Below are positions 61,251-64,000 of a stretch of DNA of 64,000 bases, in pieces. How positions within the stretch are numbered: the stretch's first letter is position 1; the number at the start of each line of letters is the position of its first letter. The position numbers were made by a program, and so were the translations under genes. The stretch is from Macrostomum lignano. Its lineage: Eukaryota. Below the pieces are notes generated by a model that was not told the origin of the DNA, did not search any database, and was given only the letters and a program-made list of their open reading frames with translations. The stretch is from positions 1-64,000 of the forward strand of contig NIVC01003090.1 in assembly GCA_002269645.1 (NCBI GenBank), written 5' to 3'.

Positions 61251-62642
61251 ATGTCGGTCGCCTCCTCAGCCGAGAGCGCTTCCGCCGGGAAGTCTGCAGC
61301 AGCCGCCGCCGGCGCCACCGCCGCTGCCACCACCTCCTTGTTTTTCTCGCCGCCTGCCGACTTGGCCGAGGACTACAGCGGCGACAGCAGCTGCGACGAA
61401 GAATTCTCCGCGGCAGCGGCGGCGGCTGCGGCTGCAGCTGCGGCTGCTTCAACTTCCGCATCAGCAGATGCAGACTCCGACGAGGACGCTGAGCTTGAGC
61501 TGGCATCGCAGCAGCCGCAGGAGCAGCAGCCGCAGCAGCAGCAGCAGAAGCGGCGCGGGCATCACGTGAAGCCGCCTTACAGCTACATCGCCCTCATCAC
61601 CATGTCGATCCTGCAGTCGCCGGAGCGCAAGCTCACGCTCAGCGGAATCTGCGAATTCATCATCAATCGATTCCCGTACTACAAAGAGCGGTAGGCTATT
61701 TCTTAGAAACACTACAGTTTCCATTGTGTTTCTGGTGTTTACTCTACACTGTATATAAATGTATAAAACCTTCACTCCGAACGCAGGTTCCCTGCCTGGC
61801 AGAACAGCATCAGGCACAATCTGTCTCTGAACGACTGCTTCGTGAAGATCCCCAGGGAGCCGGGCAACCCGGGCAAGGGCAACTACTGGACGCTGGACCC
61901 ACAGTCCGAGGACATGTTCGACAATGGCAGCTTCCTGCGCCGGCGGAAGCGCTACAAGCGGCAGACGCAGCCCGACCTTTACTTCCCCATTGCCGCCTCT
62001 GCCGCCTCGTTTATGGCAGCCAATTCGCATGTCGGCATGTCGCATCCGCCGCCGCCGCCTCCGCTGCCGCCTCCGCCGCCTCCGCCGCCTCTGGGCCTGT
62101 TTCCCGCGGCAGCGGCAGCAGCGGCAGCAGCGGCGGCCGCCGCTTTTCACAGTCGCAGCCAAAGTTCGCCTCATCATTCCCAGCAGCAGCAGCCGCCTCC
62201 GCCGCAAATGTCGAATCCGCCGACTCGACATCCCCCGACAAGCCTCCTGCCGGGCCTCGGGCCCCTTCTAGCCGGCCTGCCAAATCATCCGCTCAACCTC
62301 AGCCTGAGCCATCACAGCCAGCATCCCCAGAGCCAGCCTCATCAACAGCAGCAGCCGGCATCTCCACAGCAGCAGCAGCGGCGGAGGCGCCGGAGCGGCT
62401 CTCCCGGGTTCACCATCGACAGCCTCATCAGCGGCGGCGGCAGCAGCAGCGCCTGCAAGCGCCAAACATCGTCGTCAAGTTCCTCGCCGCCGCGCCAGGC
62501 GCCTCCGCCGGCACTTTCGGCGCCTTTCCTACCGCCGCCGCCGCCGCCGCCTCCGTATCAGCACCCGCCGTTCGATCTGGAAGCCTACCATCGCCTGCTG
62601 CGCAGCGGCGCCTTCCTGCCGCCACCGACTTGGATTCGCTGA
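61251..62642 (+). CDS. foxD: Forkhead box D transcription factor (431 aa); exons 61251-61690 and 61787-62642
   Basis: [42 protein letters not shown]|[58 protein letters not shown] (FoxD signature); phase-2 intron CG|GTAGGC...ACGCAG|G; eh1-like FTIDSLIS at ~62409. Confidence 0.96.
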
Positions 62643-63249
62643 ACTGCTCGGATAAAATTCTCTGCTTTGCCAGTGCCGCCGCTCTGTACATCTTGAATAT
62701 TCTACAGTATAAAACGACATTTCTAATGCTAAGAAAAAAACTGTTTTTCCTTCGGTTAATTTCTTATATAAATGATTTGTCAGGGCTTTGTGGAATAGCT
62801 TAATATGGTCTCTGCTTGTGCTCGTGTCTCTTTTCCATGTACCTTAATTACTGTTATTGTTATTATTGTCTATTAATATGATTTGCCTAATGTTAAATTT
62901 TCCTTGCTACCTGTACGAACGACTGCAGGCTGATCCGTTCCAGTTGTTTTTTTTTAGAAAACGAGACTCAAATATGAAATAGCAACAGCCATTGGATATA
63001 GCGTGTTCTGCATTAGCGAGTATTGATTACCATGGATTCTATATAGTTGATTTACCATTCTGCTTGCTAAACTGTAACTGTTTAATGTATGCGTGAAGTT
63101 CAATAAAATGTGCGCATAAGTTTCCTTTGTCCATTCTTTTGGAGTTCGCTGTCGCCTTGTTAAATGGAAGATTGACTTTGAGTGTCTTGTTACCCCTCTC
63201 AGTGCTATTGCATTGCATTACCCCTCTCAGTACTCGCTGAGGCTGTCCT

Positions 63250-64000
63250 CTATCTGTCTTCTATCTGTCTTCTATCTGTCTTCTATCTGACTTGTATATG
63301 TCTTCTATCTGTCTTCCATCTGTCTTCGATCTGACTTTTATCTGTCTTTTATCTGTCTTCTATCAGTCTTCTATCTGTCTTCTATCTGTCTTTTATCTGT
63401 CTTCTATCTGTCTTCTATCTGTCTTTTATCTGACTTGCATCTGTCTTCTGTCTTCTATCTGTCTTCTATCTGTCTTCTATCTGTCTTCTATCTGTCTTCT
63501 ATCTGTCTTTTATCTGACTTGCATCTGTCTTCTGTCTTCTATCTGTCTTCTATCTGTCTTCTATCTGTCTTCTATCTGTCTTCTATCTGTCTTCTATCTG
63601 TCTTCTATCTGTCTTCTACCTGTCTTCTATCTGTCTTCTATCTGTCTTTTATCTGACTTGCATCTGTCTTCTGTCTTCTATCTGTCTTCTATCTGTCTTC
63701 TATCTGTCTTCTATCTGTCTTTTATCTGACTTGCATCTGTCTTCTGTCTTCTATCTGTCTTCTATCTGTCTTCTATCTGTCTTCTATCTGTCTTTTATCT
63801 GACTTGCATCTGTCTTCTGTCTTCTATCTGTCTTCTATCTGTCTTCTATCTGTCTTCTATCTGTCTTTTATCTGACTTGCATCTGTCTTCTGTCTTCTAT
63901 CTGTCTTCTATCTGTCTTCTATCTGTCTTTTATTTGTCTTTTATCTGTCTTCTATCTGTCTTCTATCTGTCTTCTATCTGTCTTTTATCTGACTTGCATC
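63250..64000. repeat. 11-bp pyrimidine-rich repeat (CTATCTGTCTT) with a 73+11n bp higher-order unit; runs off window end
   Basis: GACTTGCATC marker at 63432, 63516, 63655, 63728, 63801, 63874 and 63991. Confidence 0.95.

Noticed and set aside
63292-63729. Hydrophobic LSSICLLSVFY repeat ORFs
   Set aside because: Artefact of the 11-bp repeat.

Overview
Eukaryotic (animal) genomic DNA, not prokaryotic. GC-rich, poly-Ala/Gln/Pro-rich genes with short introns alternate with AT-rich, CpG-depleted, repeat-derived blocks. The style is compatible with a free-living flatworm such as Macrostomum, but that is inference only. Host genes: one coding exon of an ELAV/Hu RNA-binding gene (-), an intronless TRF2/TBPL1-like factor (+), a 6-exon secreted, highly cationic tandem-vWA protein (-; the ORF track shows it as two unrelated ORFs), an SRF-type MADS-box gene (+, 2 exons) and a FoxD gene (+, 2 exons). 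Mobile DNA: a piggyBac with an intact transposase ORF; a full-length but partly inactivated APE-RT-RNase H LINE with a 12-bp TSD, plus a relic of a related element; two copies of an LTR-retrotransposon 3' end (one with a non-env accessory ORF); hAT- and Mutator-like non-autonomous elements with TSDs; and two tRNA-derived CORE-like SINEs. There are also several mini/microsatellites. Most interesting: (i) the cationic tandem-vWA secreted protein with near-identical vWA cores and two GC-AG introns; (ii) an LTR family carrying CArG plus AP-1 sites, one copy lying about 2 kb upstream of the SRF gene; (iii) strongly directional C>T/G>A (including CpA>TpA) decay of old repeats, resembling RIP. All alignments and counts were made by eye.
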